Below are positions 30,379 to 39,974 of a DNA stretch of 64,000 bases, piece by piece. The position numbers and the translations under genes are program-made. The stretch comes from an uncultured Clostridia bacterium (GTDB lineage: Bacteria; Bacillota; Clostridia; Christensenellales; UBA1242). Below the pieces are notes generated by a model. The model was not told where the DNA came from, did no database searches, and saw only the letters and a program-made list of their open reading frames with translations. Within the stretch, counting starts at the first letter, position 1, and each line of letters opens with the position of its first letter. The stretch covers positions 26,755 to 90,754 of the forward strand of contig CALVMV010000003.1 of assembly GCA_944349375.1 (NCBI GenBank). Direction: 5' to 3'.

Positions 30379-31668
30379 ATGATAGATATAAATTTAATTA
30401 GAACAAATCCTGAATTAGTAAAAGAAAATATCAAGAAAAAATTCCAGGATCAAAAACTTCAATATGTTGATGAAGTTTTAAAATTAGATGGTGAAATTAG
30501 GTCATTAAAAAGAGAAGGAGATTCTTTGCGTAGTCAAAGAAATGCGAAAAGTTCTCAAATTGGTCAATGTATGAAAGAAAAAAACATTGAACAAGCAAAC
30601 TTTATTAAAAATGAAGTTGTAAAAATTAATGAAAGATTAATTCAAATTGAAAAAGATGAACTTTCTCTTTCAGAAAAATTGAAAACATATATGATGTCAA
30701 TTCCAAATATAATTGATGATGATGTTCCAATCGGAAAAGATGATAGTGAAAATGTTCAAAGATTAACTGTAGGAGAGGCTAAAAAGGTTGATTTTGAAAT
30801 TCCTTATCATGCCCAAATTATGGAAAGTTTAAATGGTTTAGATATTGATAGCGCAAGAAGAACAAGCGGGACAGGATTTTATTACTTAACAGGAGATATC
30901 GCTAGATTGCATTCTGCAATTCTTTCTTATGCCAGAGATTTTATGATTAATAAAGGCTTTACTTATTGTGTTCCTCCATTTATGATTAGAAGCGATGTGG
31001 TTAATGGTGTTATGAGCTTTGAAGAAATGGAAAATATGATGTATAAAATTGAAGGCGAAGACTTATATTTGATTGGAACTAGCGAACATTCTATGATTGG
31101 AAGATTTAAAGATACAATATTAAAAGAAGAAGAGTTGCCTTTAATGTTAACTTCGTATTCTCCATGTTTTAGAAAAGAAATTGGAGCTCATGGGATTGAA
31201 GAAAGAGGTGTATATCGAGTTCATCAATTTGAAAAACAAGAAATGATTGTAATTTGCAAACCTGAAGATTCAAAAGAATGGTATAATAAAATGTGGCAAA
31301 TTTCATCAGAATTTTTTAAGACTTTGGATATCCCACATGAAGTTATGGAATGTTGCAGTGGAGATTTAGCAGATTTGAAGGTAAAATCTTGTGATTTAAA
31401 TGCATGGAGTCCAAGACAAAACAAGTATTTTGGAGAAGTTGGTTCTTGTTCTAATCTATCTGATGCCCAAGCTAGAAGATTGGGAATTCGTTACAAATCA
31501 AGCGAAGGAATAAAATTTGCTCATACTTTAAACAATACTGTTGTTGCGCCTCCTAGAATGCTTATTGCATTTTTGGAAAATAACATAAACAAAGATGGAA
31601 GCATTAATATCCCTGTTGCTTTAAGAAATTATATGGGTGGAAAAGATAAAATTTATCCAAAAAAATAA
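30379..31668 (+). CDS. serS: Serine-tRNA ligase
   Basis: MIDINLIR, IPN, LIGTSEH, CFRKE, RVHQFEKQE, SCSN, HTLNNT; promoter TTGACT-17-TAAGAT. Confidence 0.97.
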   Translation: MIDINLIRTNPELVKENIKKKFQDQKLQYVDEVLKLDGEIRSLKREGDSLRSQRNAKSSQIGQCMKEKNIEQANFIKNEVVKINERLIQIEKDELSLSEKLKTYMMSIPNIIDDDVPIGKDDSENVQRLTVGEAKKVDFEIPYHAQIMESLNGLDIDSARRTSGTGFYYLTGDIARLHSAILSYARDFMINKGFTYCVPPFMIRSDVVNGVMSFEEMENMMYKIEGEDLYLIGTSEHSMIGRFKDTILKEEELPLMLTSYSPCFRKEIGAHGIEERGVYRVHQFEKQEMIVICKPEDSKEWYNKMWQISSEFFKTLDIPHEVMECCSGDLADLKVKSCDLNAWSPRQNKYFGEVGSCSNLSDAQARRLGIRYKSSEGIKFAHTLNNTVVAPPRMLIAFLENNINKDGSINIPVALRNYMGGKDKIYPKK

Positions 31669-31689
31669 GGATTTAGAAGGTGTAATTTC

Positions 31690-32637
31690 ATGTCAAATTT
31701 GGTTATAGATAAAAGTTTAATAGAAAGCATTGTAAAAAATGATAATCAGTCTTATTATAAAAAAGTTAATGATAGAGTTTCTTCAATATTAACAAATTCT
31801 ATTAAGCGTTTGTCTAAGCAAATACCATACATTAGCACTGAAAATGTAGTTTTGCAACCATATAATGAAATATTATCAGGAGCTATAACTGATAATAGCA
31901 TTTTTTCTTATTTATTAGGTGTCGAAAGTGCTCAATTAGAATTAAATACTAGAAAAGTAAACACTTTTTGGCGCAATTTGAAAAAAAGATTAAAATTTGC
32001 ATGGGCAAATAGAAGAAAAAGAAAATCAAAAAAGAATAAAGATGTTAAACAAGATAAAATTGATTTTAATTCAGGGAAATATAATATATATAGCTTAACT
32101 GATGATTTGTTCGAAGCAATAGTACTTAATTTGTGCGAAACTTCGCTAATCTCAAAAGAGGACAATTGTTTGTATATTGTTGGGAAAGATGATTTTGGGG
32201 TAAATGCAAAAATTAAAATAGAAGTTTGTCTTTATTCAAATGAAAATTTTAAATTTTTTATTAATAAGAAAAAAGGATTTAAAGAATATAATTTGAATTG
32301 CAGACTTAACTGTTTAAATGAAAAGATATTGGAAGCAGGTCCTAACTTTGTCAATATGCTTAAAATATTTAATGTTTTGTATTTTTATGTAAATCAAGAA
32401 CATCCAAATGCTATGTTTTTAGAAAGTATATTGTATAATGTGCCAGACAAATTATATGAAGACAAAAGTGTTTACGATACTTTTTTGAAAGTAGTAAATT
32501 ATTTGACATTAAAGTCTATAAATAATTTTAAATCAATAAATGATATAAGTTTAAAATTATATCAAGATAAAATGTTTAATAACCAAGATCAAGTATCTTA
32601 TTTAAAAATGATGAGAATAATTGCAGAAAAAAAATAA
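31690..32637 (+). CDS. Nucleotidyltransferase-fold protein resembling CD-NTase/SMODS, catalytic motifs apparently degenerate
   Basis: C-terminal K...GPNFVNMLKIF...PNAMFLESILYNVPD.LY...YDTF..V.NYL resembles the CdnE-like C-lobe; no GS or DxD motif at the expected place. ORF solid, family tentative. Confidence 0.5.
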   Translation: MSNLVIDKSLIESIVKNDNQSYYKKVNDRVSSILTNSIKRLSKQIPYISTENVVLQPYNEILSGAITDNSIFSYLLGVESAQLELNTRKVNTFWRNLKKRLKFAWANRRKRKSKKNKDVKQDKIDFNSGKYNIYSLTDDLFEAIVLNLCETSLISKEDNCLYIVGKDDFGVNAKIKIEVCLYSNENFKFFINKKKGFKEYNLNCRLNCLNEKILEAGPNFVNMLKIFNVLYFYVNQEHPNAMFLESILYNVPDKLYEDKSVYDTFLKVVNYLTLKSINNFKSINDISLKLYQDKMFNNQDQVSYLKMMRIIAEKK

Positions 32638-32745
32638 TCTGCAATTTTTTTATAAACTTAATTTTTAAATATAATATAAAAATTTAATAATTTGAATATT
32701 TATAAAAAAATAACAAAATAGCTTTAAAAATGCGCTATCATGCAT

Positions 32746-32783
32746 TAATCTATGCGTAAAAGTTGTGTTTTACGCATAGATTA
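32746..32783. repeat. Perfect inverted repeat, candidate dif (chromosome dimer resolution) site
   Basis: TAATCTATGCGTAAAA-GTTGTG-TTTTACGCATAGATTA (16-6-16), intergenic, at the gene-orientation switch. Confidence 0.7.
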
Positions 32784-32960
32784 TGCAAGTTTATATTTTT
32801 AAAAATTTACCCCTATTCTATTATTTTTAACATCTAATTTCATATCATACTGCCAAAAATTTTTTATAATTAAGTAATTGCCCTTCAAACATTATCAAAA
32901 ATTATTAACTTTTTAAAATAAAAAAAGAAGATAAATTAAAAGAGTTTATAATCCCCCTTT

Positions 32961-33551
32961 TTAAATATCTTTTTTTAACAAAAATGCAAAATTTGAGAGC
33001 TGACATTTTGTATCCTTGTAATTTGGGCAAAATTTTTCTACAAGATTCCAAAATTTAGGAGAATGATTCATTTGCTTGCTATGACATAATTCATGTATGA
33101 TTATGTATTGTATAATATCTTTTGGTAAAATTATACATTTAAAATTAAGCATTATTACTTTTTTTGATGAATAACTCCCCCACAGTCTTTTTGAGCTTTT
33201 TATCACTATTTTATTATAATGATACCCTATTTGTTCTTTTGTCAATTCAATCAATTTTGGCAATTCATTTAATGCCAAAGTTTTATAATCAATGATCTTA
33301 TCCTTTTTATATTGTTTTCCATAGATATAATAATAATTTTCAAAATCGAATGATTTTTCAAAATCACTTCTTTGTTTTTGTAAAGATAATTGCTTTTGAA
33401 TCCATCTTTGTTTTGTTTTTACAAAATCTAAAATCATTGTTTTGCTGACATTAAAAGGAGCCTTTACTTGTATTTGTCTATTTGGCAATATACTAAGTGA
33501 TATACTTTTTCTTTTACTTCTTTTTATTAAAATATTTGCATTATTGTTCAT
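32961..33551 (-). CDS. M48/YgjP-like (SprT-like, DUF45) zinc metallohydrolase
   Basis: RSKRKSISL, WGSYS, YIIIHELCH (HExxH), NHSPKFW. Confidence 0.9.
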   Translation of the reverse strand: MNNNANILIKRSKRKSISLSILPNRQIQVKAPFNVSKTMILDFVKTKQRWIQKQLSLQKQRSDFEKSFDFENYYYIYGKQYKKDKIIDYKTLALNELPKLIELTKEQIGYHYNKIVIKSSKRLWGSYSSKKVIMLNFKCIILPKDIIQYIIIHELCHSKQMNHSPKFWNLVEKFCPNYKDTKCQLSNFAFLLKKDI

Positions 33552-33703
33552 GCCCTAATTATAACAAATAATTTAACAAAATTGAAATATTTTTGCATAC
33601 TACCACAAAATGTAGTTAATTTTTTTTATTATTTTGCATAATAGTACATATTTTGTTTGACTTATAAATTTTGATTTTTTATAATCTTAATATAGAGGTG
33701 TTT

Positions 33704-35356
33704 ATGGAAATTTTTGCAAAGGGTCAACTTTCTTATATGATGTTAAATTGTCTTTTAGAAAGAGATTTTTATGGTCTAGACTTTATTAGTGAAATTAGTA
33801 ATAAAAGTAACGGAAGAATTAATCTAAAAAAACCTAGTGTATATTCAAATTTAACTAGAATGGAAAAGCAAGGTTATGTTTCTTCATATTCAAAAGCCAG
33901 TGACTTTGGACCTAATAGAAGATATTATTCTATAACAGAAAAAGGAAGAAATTATTATCAACAATTAAAAAATGATTTTTCAGAGAATAACATAGATGTT
34001 TTTAGAGATTTTAAAATTGAAAATGAACAAACGGATATTTTAGCCAATATTACTGATAATTCTGAATCAGAAGATGATAAAGATTTTTTTGATTTTTCTT
34101 CATTAAATAATGCTGAAAAAGAAACAAGAGAACCTATCGAGAGTATCAATATTACCAATTCAAACCAATATATAAAGAATGAAAACCAAGAACAAAAAAA
34201 TAATGTTGAAAATTTGCAACAAAAAGTTATGAATAATGAAACAACTTTAAATACCATACAAGAAAATAATTCTGTGCAAGAAAAAGATGATGGGGCTTTT
34301 TTAAATAGAGAACAAGTAGATAATTATAATCAAAGATTATATGATATCTCTAAAGATATAAGAAAATACAAAAAACAACGAAGCTTTGCTGAAGATCAAA
34401 TCGCGATGACCGTAGAAACTCCCCTACAGGAATCTGAAGAAAAAAATCGTGCTAATTTGGAGGCTTTTAAAGCTTCGTTGCTTGAGAACAAAGAAAAATT
34501 TGTAGATAATAAAGATGATTTTTATCGTTTTAATGAAAGGCAAAATAGAAATAGTTACTCAGAGAGCAAAGAGAGTAAGCAGATAAAAGGTAATACATAT
34601 TTTCAAAATAAGCCAATTAATGAAGTTGTTGAAGATGATGGAAAATTTATAACGAATCGTTTAGAAAATGAAGAATTGATCAAACAAAAAAAGATTCAAC
34701 CACCTCGTTTAAAAATACTACAAAACGATAAATCTGATGCCCTACCTCCTCCTAATAGAGATGTCAAAATCGATCCTTCTCATAAAGAGATCATTTCTCA
34801 GCTATATTCTAGAACTAAAGATGGTCGAGAAGAGGAAGGAAATGGATTAAATGCTTTGTATGATTATCAAGATTTACAAGAATTTTATGATGAACAAAAT
34901 GTATCATTTAAAGAATATAAAAAGACGAATATAGAAGTAAAACACAATACAAACAAATTATTTTTTATTCAAAGTTTAATTGTTTTTTTCTTATTATCAA
35001 TATTTTCATCTATTACATATATTGCATTGTATTATTCTGGACTAATTAATTCAACTTTTAACTTTTTATTTATTTTGCTACCAGCTCTACAATTAATTGT
35101 AATTTCAATAAAATTTTATAATTATAAGTGTCATACAAGTTGGATACCTAAGAAAATGGCTTCGATCTGGGAAATTTTTGGTTATACCCTTTTAATTGTG
35201 GCAGCCATAATAGGTATAAATTTTATATTTGGATTAAATACAAATAATTTTGAATTGTATGCAACTACAACTCTATTACCTGTGATTTTGACAATAATTG
35301 CACTGCCTGTTGCTTATTTTATAAAAAGAGCATTAATTGTAAAATATTGGAAATAA
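33704..35356 (+). CDS. PadR-family winged-helix protein with a long polar linker and about 4 C-terminal TM helices
   Basis: YGLDF..I...KKPSVYSNLTRMEKQGYV...PNRRYYSITEKG; hydrophobic C-terminus; SD GAGGTG before ATG 33704. Confidence 0.8.
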   Translation: MEIFAKGQLSYMMLNCLLERDFYGLDFISEISNKSNGRINLKKPSVYSNLTRMEKQGYVSSYSKASDFGPNRRYYSITEKGRNYYQQLKNDFSENNIDVFRDFKIENEQTDILANITDNSESEDDKDFFDFSSLNNAEKETREPIESINITNSNQYIKNENQEQKNNVENLQQKVMNNETTLNTIQENNSVQEKDDGAFLNREQVDNYNQRLYDISKDIRKYKKQRSFAEDQIAMTVETPLQESEEKNRANLEAFKASLLENKEKFVDNKDDFYRFNERQNRNSYSESKESKQIKGNTYFQNKPINEVVEDDGKFITNRLENEELIKQKKIQPPRLKILQNDKSDALPPPNRDVKIDPSHKEIISQLYSRTKDGREEEGNGLNALYDYQDLQEFYDEQNVSFKEYKKTNIEVKHNTNKLFFIQSLIVFFLLSIFSSITYIALYYSGLINSTFNFLFILLPALQLIVISIKFYNYKCHTSWIPKKMASIWEIFGYTLLIVAAIIGINFIFGLNTNNFELYATTTLLPVILTIIALPVAYFIKRALIVKYWK

Positions 35357-35380
35357 AAAGCATCTAATTTAGATGCTTTT
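35356..35380. terminator. Bidirectional terminator
   Basis: aaaagcatcta-att-tagatgctttt between convergent stops. Confidence 0.75.
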
Positions 35381-36596
35381 ATATTTGCATTTCTTTTAGC
35401 ATCCAATCTGAATAGACGCCATAACCTTTGGTTGGATCTTTAAGAAAAACATGTGTAACAGCCCCGATGAGTTTGCCATTTTGAATTATTGGAGAACCAC
35501 TCATTCCCTGAACAATTCCACCTGTTAAGTTTAACAATCTCTTATCTGTAACCCTAAATACTATGCTTTTATCGTCAGCTGTTTTTTGATAATTAGCTTT
35601 TATTATTTCTATTTCATATTCTTCTCTAATACCACTTACACTCGAAATTATAGTAGCTTTTCCGGGTTTAACGCTTAATCTTCCCCCTACTTCAGCAGTT
35701 AAATTTGAATCTATAATGTTTTCACAGTTTTGATATTTTCCAATTATTCCATATTTTGTATTTTTTAAAATTGATCCATTTTTTTCGGATTGTTTAAACA
35801 AACATTTTAATTGCCCAGGTTCGTCAATTTTTCCCTTCTCTATTCCGAGTAATGAACAATTATAAACTTCTCCAGAGTTTATAGGAACTATGTTGGATCC
35901 AGCCGAATCGGTTACAGGATGACCTAACGCCGCAAATTGTTTGTTATTTTTAACAAAAGTCAAAGTACCTATGCCTGATATATCATCTTTTACCCATACC
36001 CCTAACTTACATTGTTCATCTTTATTTTTTATGTAATTCATAGATATATTTTTAGTTTTATTATCTCTTATGATTTCAATGTTTAATTCTTTATCTTCTA
36101 AGTTGATGAGATATTCTTCTATATCTTCTACATTAGAGATGACTTTATCGTTAATTTTTGTTATAATATCCCCGTTTTTAAATAATTTATTTGAACTTAC
36201 AGTATTAGTTTTTGTATCAACCATTGTATTGCTTACTACCATCGCCCCATTGGTTGAAACTGTTAATCCAATAGGAACACCTCCGACAAAAACATTTTCT
36301 TCAGGTAAAATTTCAACTCGCACTTTTTTTATTGGGATAAATCCAAATAACTTAAAAATAATTGTCCCACTTTTTTCATCTTTTTCACCAGTTTCCAAAG
36401 TATTATTTAAAAAATCTATTGAATATAAATTGCCTAAGGTTTTATTTTTGTTGCAATCTTGAATTTCTTCTAAATTAGTATAAAAGTTGTCTGGAAGAGA
36501 ATTTAAAGGTGCTAAAAAATTGGAAAACAAAACAGTTATAAGAAAAACAATTAAGAAACTATAAATAAAGAAAAAATGATTGTTTTTTCTTCTCAT
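35379..36596 (-). CDS. spoIVB: SpoIVB serine peptidase (S55) with PDZ domain
   Basis: KLFGFIPIK, GGVPIG, GIGTLTF, ALGHPV, GGIVQGMSGSPIIQNGKLIGAVTHVF; start after SD GGAGG. Confidence 0.95.
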   Translation of the reverse strand: MRRKNNHFFFIYSFLIVFLITVLFSNFLAPLNSLPDNFYTNLEEIQDCNKNKTLGNLYSIDFLNNTLETGEKDEKSGTIIFKLFGFIPIKKVRVEILPEENVFVGGVPIGLTVSTNGAMVVSNTMVDTKTNTVSSNKLFKNGDIITKINDKVISNVEDIEEYLINLEDKELNIEIIRDNKTKNISMNYIKNKDEQCKLGVWVKDDISGIGTLTFVKNNKQFAALGHPVTDSAGSNIVPINSGEVYNCSLLGIEKGKIDEPGQLKCLFKQSEKNGSILKNTKYGIIGKYQNCENIIDSNLTAEVGGRLSVKPGKATIISSVSGIREEYEIEIIKANYQKTADDKSIVFRVTDKRLLNLTGGIVQGMSGSPIIQNGKLIGAVTHVFLKDPTKGYGVYSDWMLKEMQI

Positions 36597-36669
36597 TATT
36601 TTATCCTCCACTAAAAAAAGACTAACCAAAGTTAGTCTTTGCTAATTAGTAAAATTTATTACTAAAATT

Positions 36670-37185
36670 TTATTTTTCATTAAATATTTCAGGATAATAT
36701 TCTTTTAACACTTCAGGCAAAGCATAGATTTCTATTAAAGTTAAATAATAATTTCCATCTTTGTCTTGTGTTTTTGTAAATTCAATAAATTTTTCTATAT
36801 TTCTAATAGCAACATATATAAAGTTATGAAGATTATTATTATCTTCAGCATTTGATTGGTTAAACGCTGTTCTAGGATAAGGAGTCCCGTTATTGTATTC
36901 TGTGTTTTTTATGCTTTGAGCTAATTTAAAGAAATCGTCATTTTTTTCATAAAAATACTTTTGTAAAAGAATATCGTTTTGATTAAAAACTTCTATAAAA
37001 GCTTTTTTTAATTTTTCATATTTTTCCAAAGATTCCATGATCGAGTCATAATCTGATTTATATTCGGCCTCATCCCAGGCATTTTCTCCATAATCATAAT
37101 TAGGTGTAGATTTTGGTTCGATAATATTTAAACTATCAATTGCGTCTTCAAATTTTTCAAATGGTTTAAAATTAGTTGTTGACAT
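36670..37185 (-). CDS. Hypothetical protein (ORFan)
   Basis: ATG at 37185 after SD GAGGAG; family not recognised. Confidence 0.7.
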   Translation of the reverse strand: MSTTNFKPFEKFEDAIDSLNIIEPKSTPNYDYGENAWDEAEYKSDYDSIMESLEKYEKLKKAFIEVFNQNDILLQKYFYEKNDDFFKLAQSIKNTEYNNGTPYPRTAFNQSNAEDNNNLHNFIYVAIRNIEKFIEFTKTQDKDGNYYLTLIEIYALPEVLKEYYPEIFNEK

Positions 37186-37257
37186 TTTCTTCTCTCCTCT
37201 TTTGTTTATAAGTATTATATCATAAAGATTTAAATTTATCAATACCTAATTTTTTAT

Positions 37258-37989
37258 TTATTCTTCATCAGGTAAATTTACATTATGATATACTTCTTGG
37301 ACATCATCCAAATCTTCAAGAGTGTCTATCATTTTATTGAATTTAGTAAGTTTTTCTTCATCTAAATCTACATAAGAATCTGGAACGAGTCTTGTTTCTG
37401 CATTTAAAATTTCATAACCCTTAGCTTTTAATTGTTCAGCAACTGTGTTATGCTCATTTGGTTGTGTTATAATTTCACATAAATCATCATAATCAACAAC
37501 ATCATCTGCCCCAACTTCTAAAGCATCCAACATAAGGGTGTCTAAATCTTTGTTTGTAATGTCAACTTCTACGATCCCTTTTCTATTAAACAAATAACTA
37601 ACGCAACCAGTTGAACCTAGAGATCCTCCAAATTTATCAAAAGCATGTCTTACATCTCCAGCAGTTCTATTTTTGTTGTCTGTTAAACATTCAACAATAA
37701 CTGCTGAGCCACCAGTGCCATACCCTTCATATGTGCAACTTTCATAATTAACACCAGACATTTCTCCAGCTGCTTTTTTAATGCTTCTTTCAATTGAATC
37801 GTTTGGCATATTATTTTGTTTAGCTTTTGCTATTACATCTCTAAGCTTAGGATTAGAAACTGGATCAGATCCTCCTGCTTTTACTATAACAGCTATTTCA
37901 CGACCTATTTTTGTAAAAATTTTGCCTCTTTGTGCATCGCTTTTCCCTTTTTTGGCTTGTATATTGTGCCATTTTGAATGTCCTGACAT
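37258..37989 (-). CDS. yebC: YebC/PmpR family protein
   Basis: [37 protein letters not shown]. Confidence 0.96.
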   Translation of the reverse strand: MSGHSKWHNIQAKKGKSDAQRGKIFTKIGREIAVIVKAGGSDPVSNPKLRDVIAKAKQNNMPNDSIERSIKKAAGEMSGVNYESCTYEGYGTGGSAVIVECLTDNKNRTAGDVRHAFDKFGGSLGSTGCVSYLFNRKGIVEVDITNKDLDTLMLDALEVGADDVVDYDDLCEIITQPNEHNTVAEQLKAKGYEILNAETRLVPDSYVDLDEEKLTKFNKMIDTLEDLDDVQEVYHNVNLPDEE

Positions 37990-38141
37990 AAAATCTCCTT
38001 AAAATCTTTAATTTTATTTTAAATTTTTATTTTATAAATGTCAAATTTTTTTATGCTCAAGAAAATTATAAATTGAAAATATTATAAATCTGGAAACATA
38101 AAATGTGAATAATGTTTTTTTTTGCAACTAAAAGATAATTA

Positions 38142-38885
38142 TTAAAGATTTCCTGTTTTAGCATAAATTTGATACATTATTACAGCTCCAGAAACTGCAA
38201 CATTAAGACTTTCAACATTTTTTTCCATAGGCAAAGAAATTGTTTTGTTGCAAATGTTAGAAATTAATGTGCTAACTCCTTGCCCCTCATTTCCCATGAC
38301 TAATCCAATAGGTTTTTCTTTATTAAATTCTGTTTTAAAAATGTTTTCGCCATTCATATCTGCTTTTAATAGAATTGTATTGCCCCATTTTGTGAAAAGT
38401 TTAATAAAATTTTCTTTAGAAAGATTGTGTATAGATGCATCAAATATTGTTCCTACTGAACTACGAATTAGCTTAGGATTAGATATTTTTACGCTATCTA
38501 ACAAAAAAATTTCTTTAAAATTGCAAGCTACGGCAGTTCTAATCAAGGTACCTACATTGCCAGGATCTTGCAAAGTATCAAGCACCAAAAAGTTTGTCTT
38601 AGGTTTTTCTGTTACTGTATATTGTGGATATTCTGTAACGCATAACACACCCTGTGGTGTTATGCAATCAGAAAGTTGTTCTATAACCTTGTGTTCTACC
38701 AAATAAACAGGAAAAGAGTTACCCCAGATATTTAGGTTTTCATTTTCTACTAAGATTATTTTGGGTTTTAAACCATGTTTTATTGCATCATTTATAATTT
38801 TTATATTATCCAAAAAAAGCAAAGAACTATTTGTGCGTTTTTGCTTTTTTAAATCTTTAATTAAATTGTTAGTTGCCCTTAACAT
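38142..38885 (-). CDS. TrmH/SpoU-family RNA methyltransferase
   Basis: QDPGNVGTLIRTA, GNEGQG, ESLNVAVS; start overlaps the rplT stop. Confidence 0.92.
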   Translation of the reverse strand: MLRATNNLIKDLKKQKRTNSSLLFLDNIKIINDAIKHGLKPKIILVENENLNIWGNSFPVYLVEHKVIEQLSDCITPQGVLCVTEYPQYTVTEKPKTNFLVLDTLQDPGNVGTLIRTAVACNFKEIFLLDSVKISNPKLIRSSVGTIFDASIHNLSKENFIKLFTKWGNTILLKADMNGENIFKTEFNKEKPIGLVMGNEGQGVSTLISNICNKTISLPMEKNVESLNVAVSGAVIMYQIYAKTGNL

Positions 38886-39226
38886 TATTTTACTTGACCT
38901 ACAAGTGCAGCAAATGCTTCTGGTTCTCTAACTGCCATGTCTGCAAGCACTTTTCTGTTAAGTTCAATATTTTTGCTTTTTAATCCAGCAATAAATTTAG
39001 AATAAGAAATTCCATTTAATCTGCAAGCTGCATTGATTCTTGTGATCCAAAGAGCACGGAAATCTCTTTTCTTTTGCTTACGGCCGATATAAGAATATTG
39101 ACCACTTTTCATTACTTGTTCTCTAGCTGTTCTATAAAGTTTAGATTTTGCTCCTCTATATCCTTTAGCACTTTTAAGAATAGAACGGCGTTTTTTTACT
39201 GCATTAACTGCTCTCTTTATTCTCAT
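38885..39226 (-). CDS. rplT: 50S ribosomal protein L20
   Basis: [33 protein letters not shown]. Confidence 0.98.
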   Translation of the reverse strand: MRIKRAVNAVKKRRSILKSAKGYRGAKSKLYRTAREQVMKSGQYSYIGRKQKKRDFRALWITRINAACRLNGISYSKFIAGLKSKNIELNRKVLADMAVREPEAFAALVGQVK

Positions 39227-39237
39227 AATTCAACCTC

Positions 39238-39432
39238 CTATTTAGCCAAAAGGGACTTAATGTTGTCTGCATTTTTTCCTGCAATGTAAGACCCTTTTCT
39301 AAGTTTTCTTTTTCTTGCTTGTGATTTTGTTGTAAGGAAATGTCCTTTTCCAGGTCTAGCAAATTTTACTTGACCATTTGCGGTAACTTTAAAACGCTTT
39401 TTGCATCCGCTATGTGTTTTTTGTTTTGGCAT
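39238..39432 (-). CDS. rpmI: 50S ribosomal protein L35
   Basis: MPKQKTHSG.KKRFKVT; between infC and rplT. Confidence 0.97.
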   Translation of the reverse strand: MPKQKTHSGCKKRFKVTANGQVKFARPGKGHFLTTKSQARKRKLRKGSYIAGKNADNIKSLLAK

Positions 39433-39449
39433 AACTTTCTTCTCCTTTT

Positions 39450-39959
39450 TTACTTATTTGGGGTTATTGTCGCAAATATATTTCGTCCTACATGTTCTGG
39501 TTCTTTTTCCAAAGATCCAAATTCACTAAGTCTTGAACAGAAATCTTTTACAATTTCAATTCCTTTTGTTACATAGGCTTGTTCACGACCTTTCATTTTT
39601 AAAGAAACTTTCACTTTATCTCCATTCTTTAAAAATTTTTGAGCGCTTGAAACACGATATTTAATATCATGCTCCTCGATTGTCATTGACAAACGAACTT
39701 CTTTTGTTTCAATAATTTTTTGAGCTTTCTTAATTTCTTTATCTTTCTTTAAAGCATCATATTTAAATTTTCCATAGTTTAAAAGTCTGCATACAGCTGG
39801 TGAAGCATTGCCAGCCATTAAAACTAAGTCTAGACCTTTTTCTTCAGCAATTCTAAGTGCTTCTTCTCTTAAAACAACACCAAGTTGTTCCCCATTTTCA
39901 CCTATCAATCTAATTTGTGATGCTGTGATTTGCTCATTGATTAAAAGTTCCTTAAAAAT
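39450..39959 (-). CDS. infC: Translation initiation factor IF-3 (ATT start)
   Basis: Frame extends 17 codons beyond the track start to ATT at 39959 after SD AAGGGG (IFKELLINEQI..RLIGENGEQLG); LDLV, YGKFKY, FLKNGDKVK, GRE. Confidence 0.95.
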   Translation of the reverse strand: MFKELLINEQITASQIRLIGENGEQLGVVLREEALRIAEEKGLDLVLMAGNASPAVCRLLNYGKFKYDALKKDKEIKKAQKIIETKEVRLSMTIEEHDIKYRVSSAQKFLKNGDKVKVSLKMKGREQAYVTKGIEIVKDFCSRLSEFGSLEKEPEHVGRNIFATITPNK

Positions 39960-39974
39960 TGTCTTATACCCCTT

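Noticed and set aside
32746-32783. The palindrome as a rho-independent terminator
   Set aside because: No U-tract on either side, over 100 nt from both stops, the upstream gene already has a hairpin with T-tract (about 32620-32651), and the arm recurs at the recombinase promoter.
31690-33551. A functional CBASS anti-phage operon
   Set aside because: No GS/DxD catalytic motifs and no recognisable effector or ancillary genes.
39957-39959. ATT start codon of infC
   Set aside because: Real but well-known IF-3 autoregulation; recorded as a feature only.
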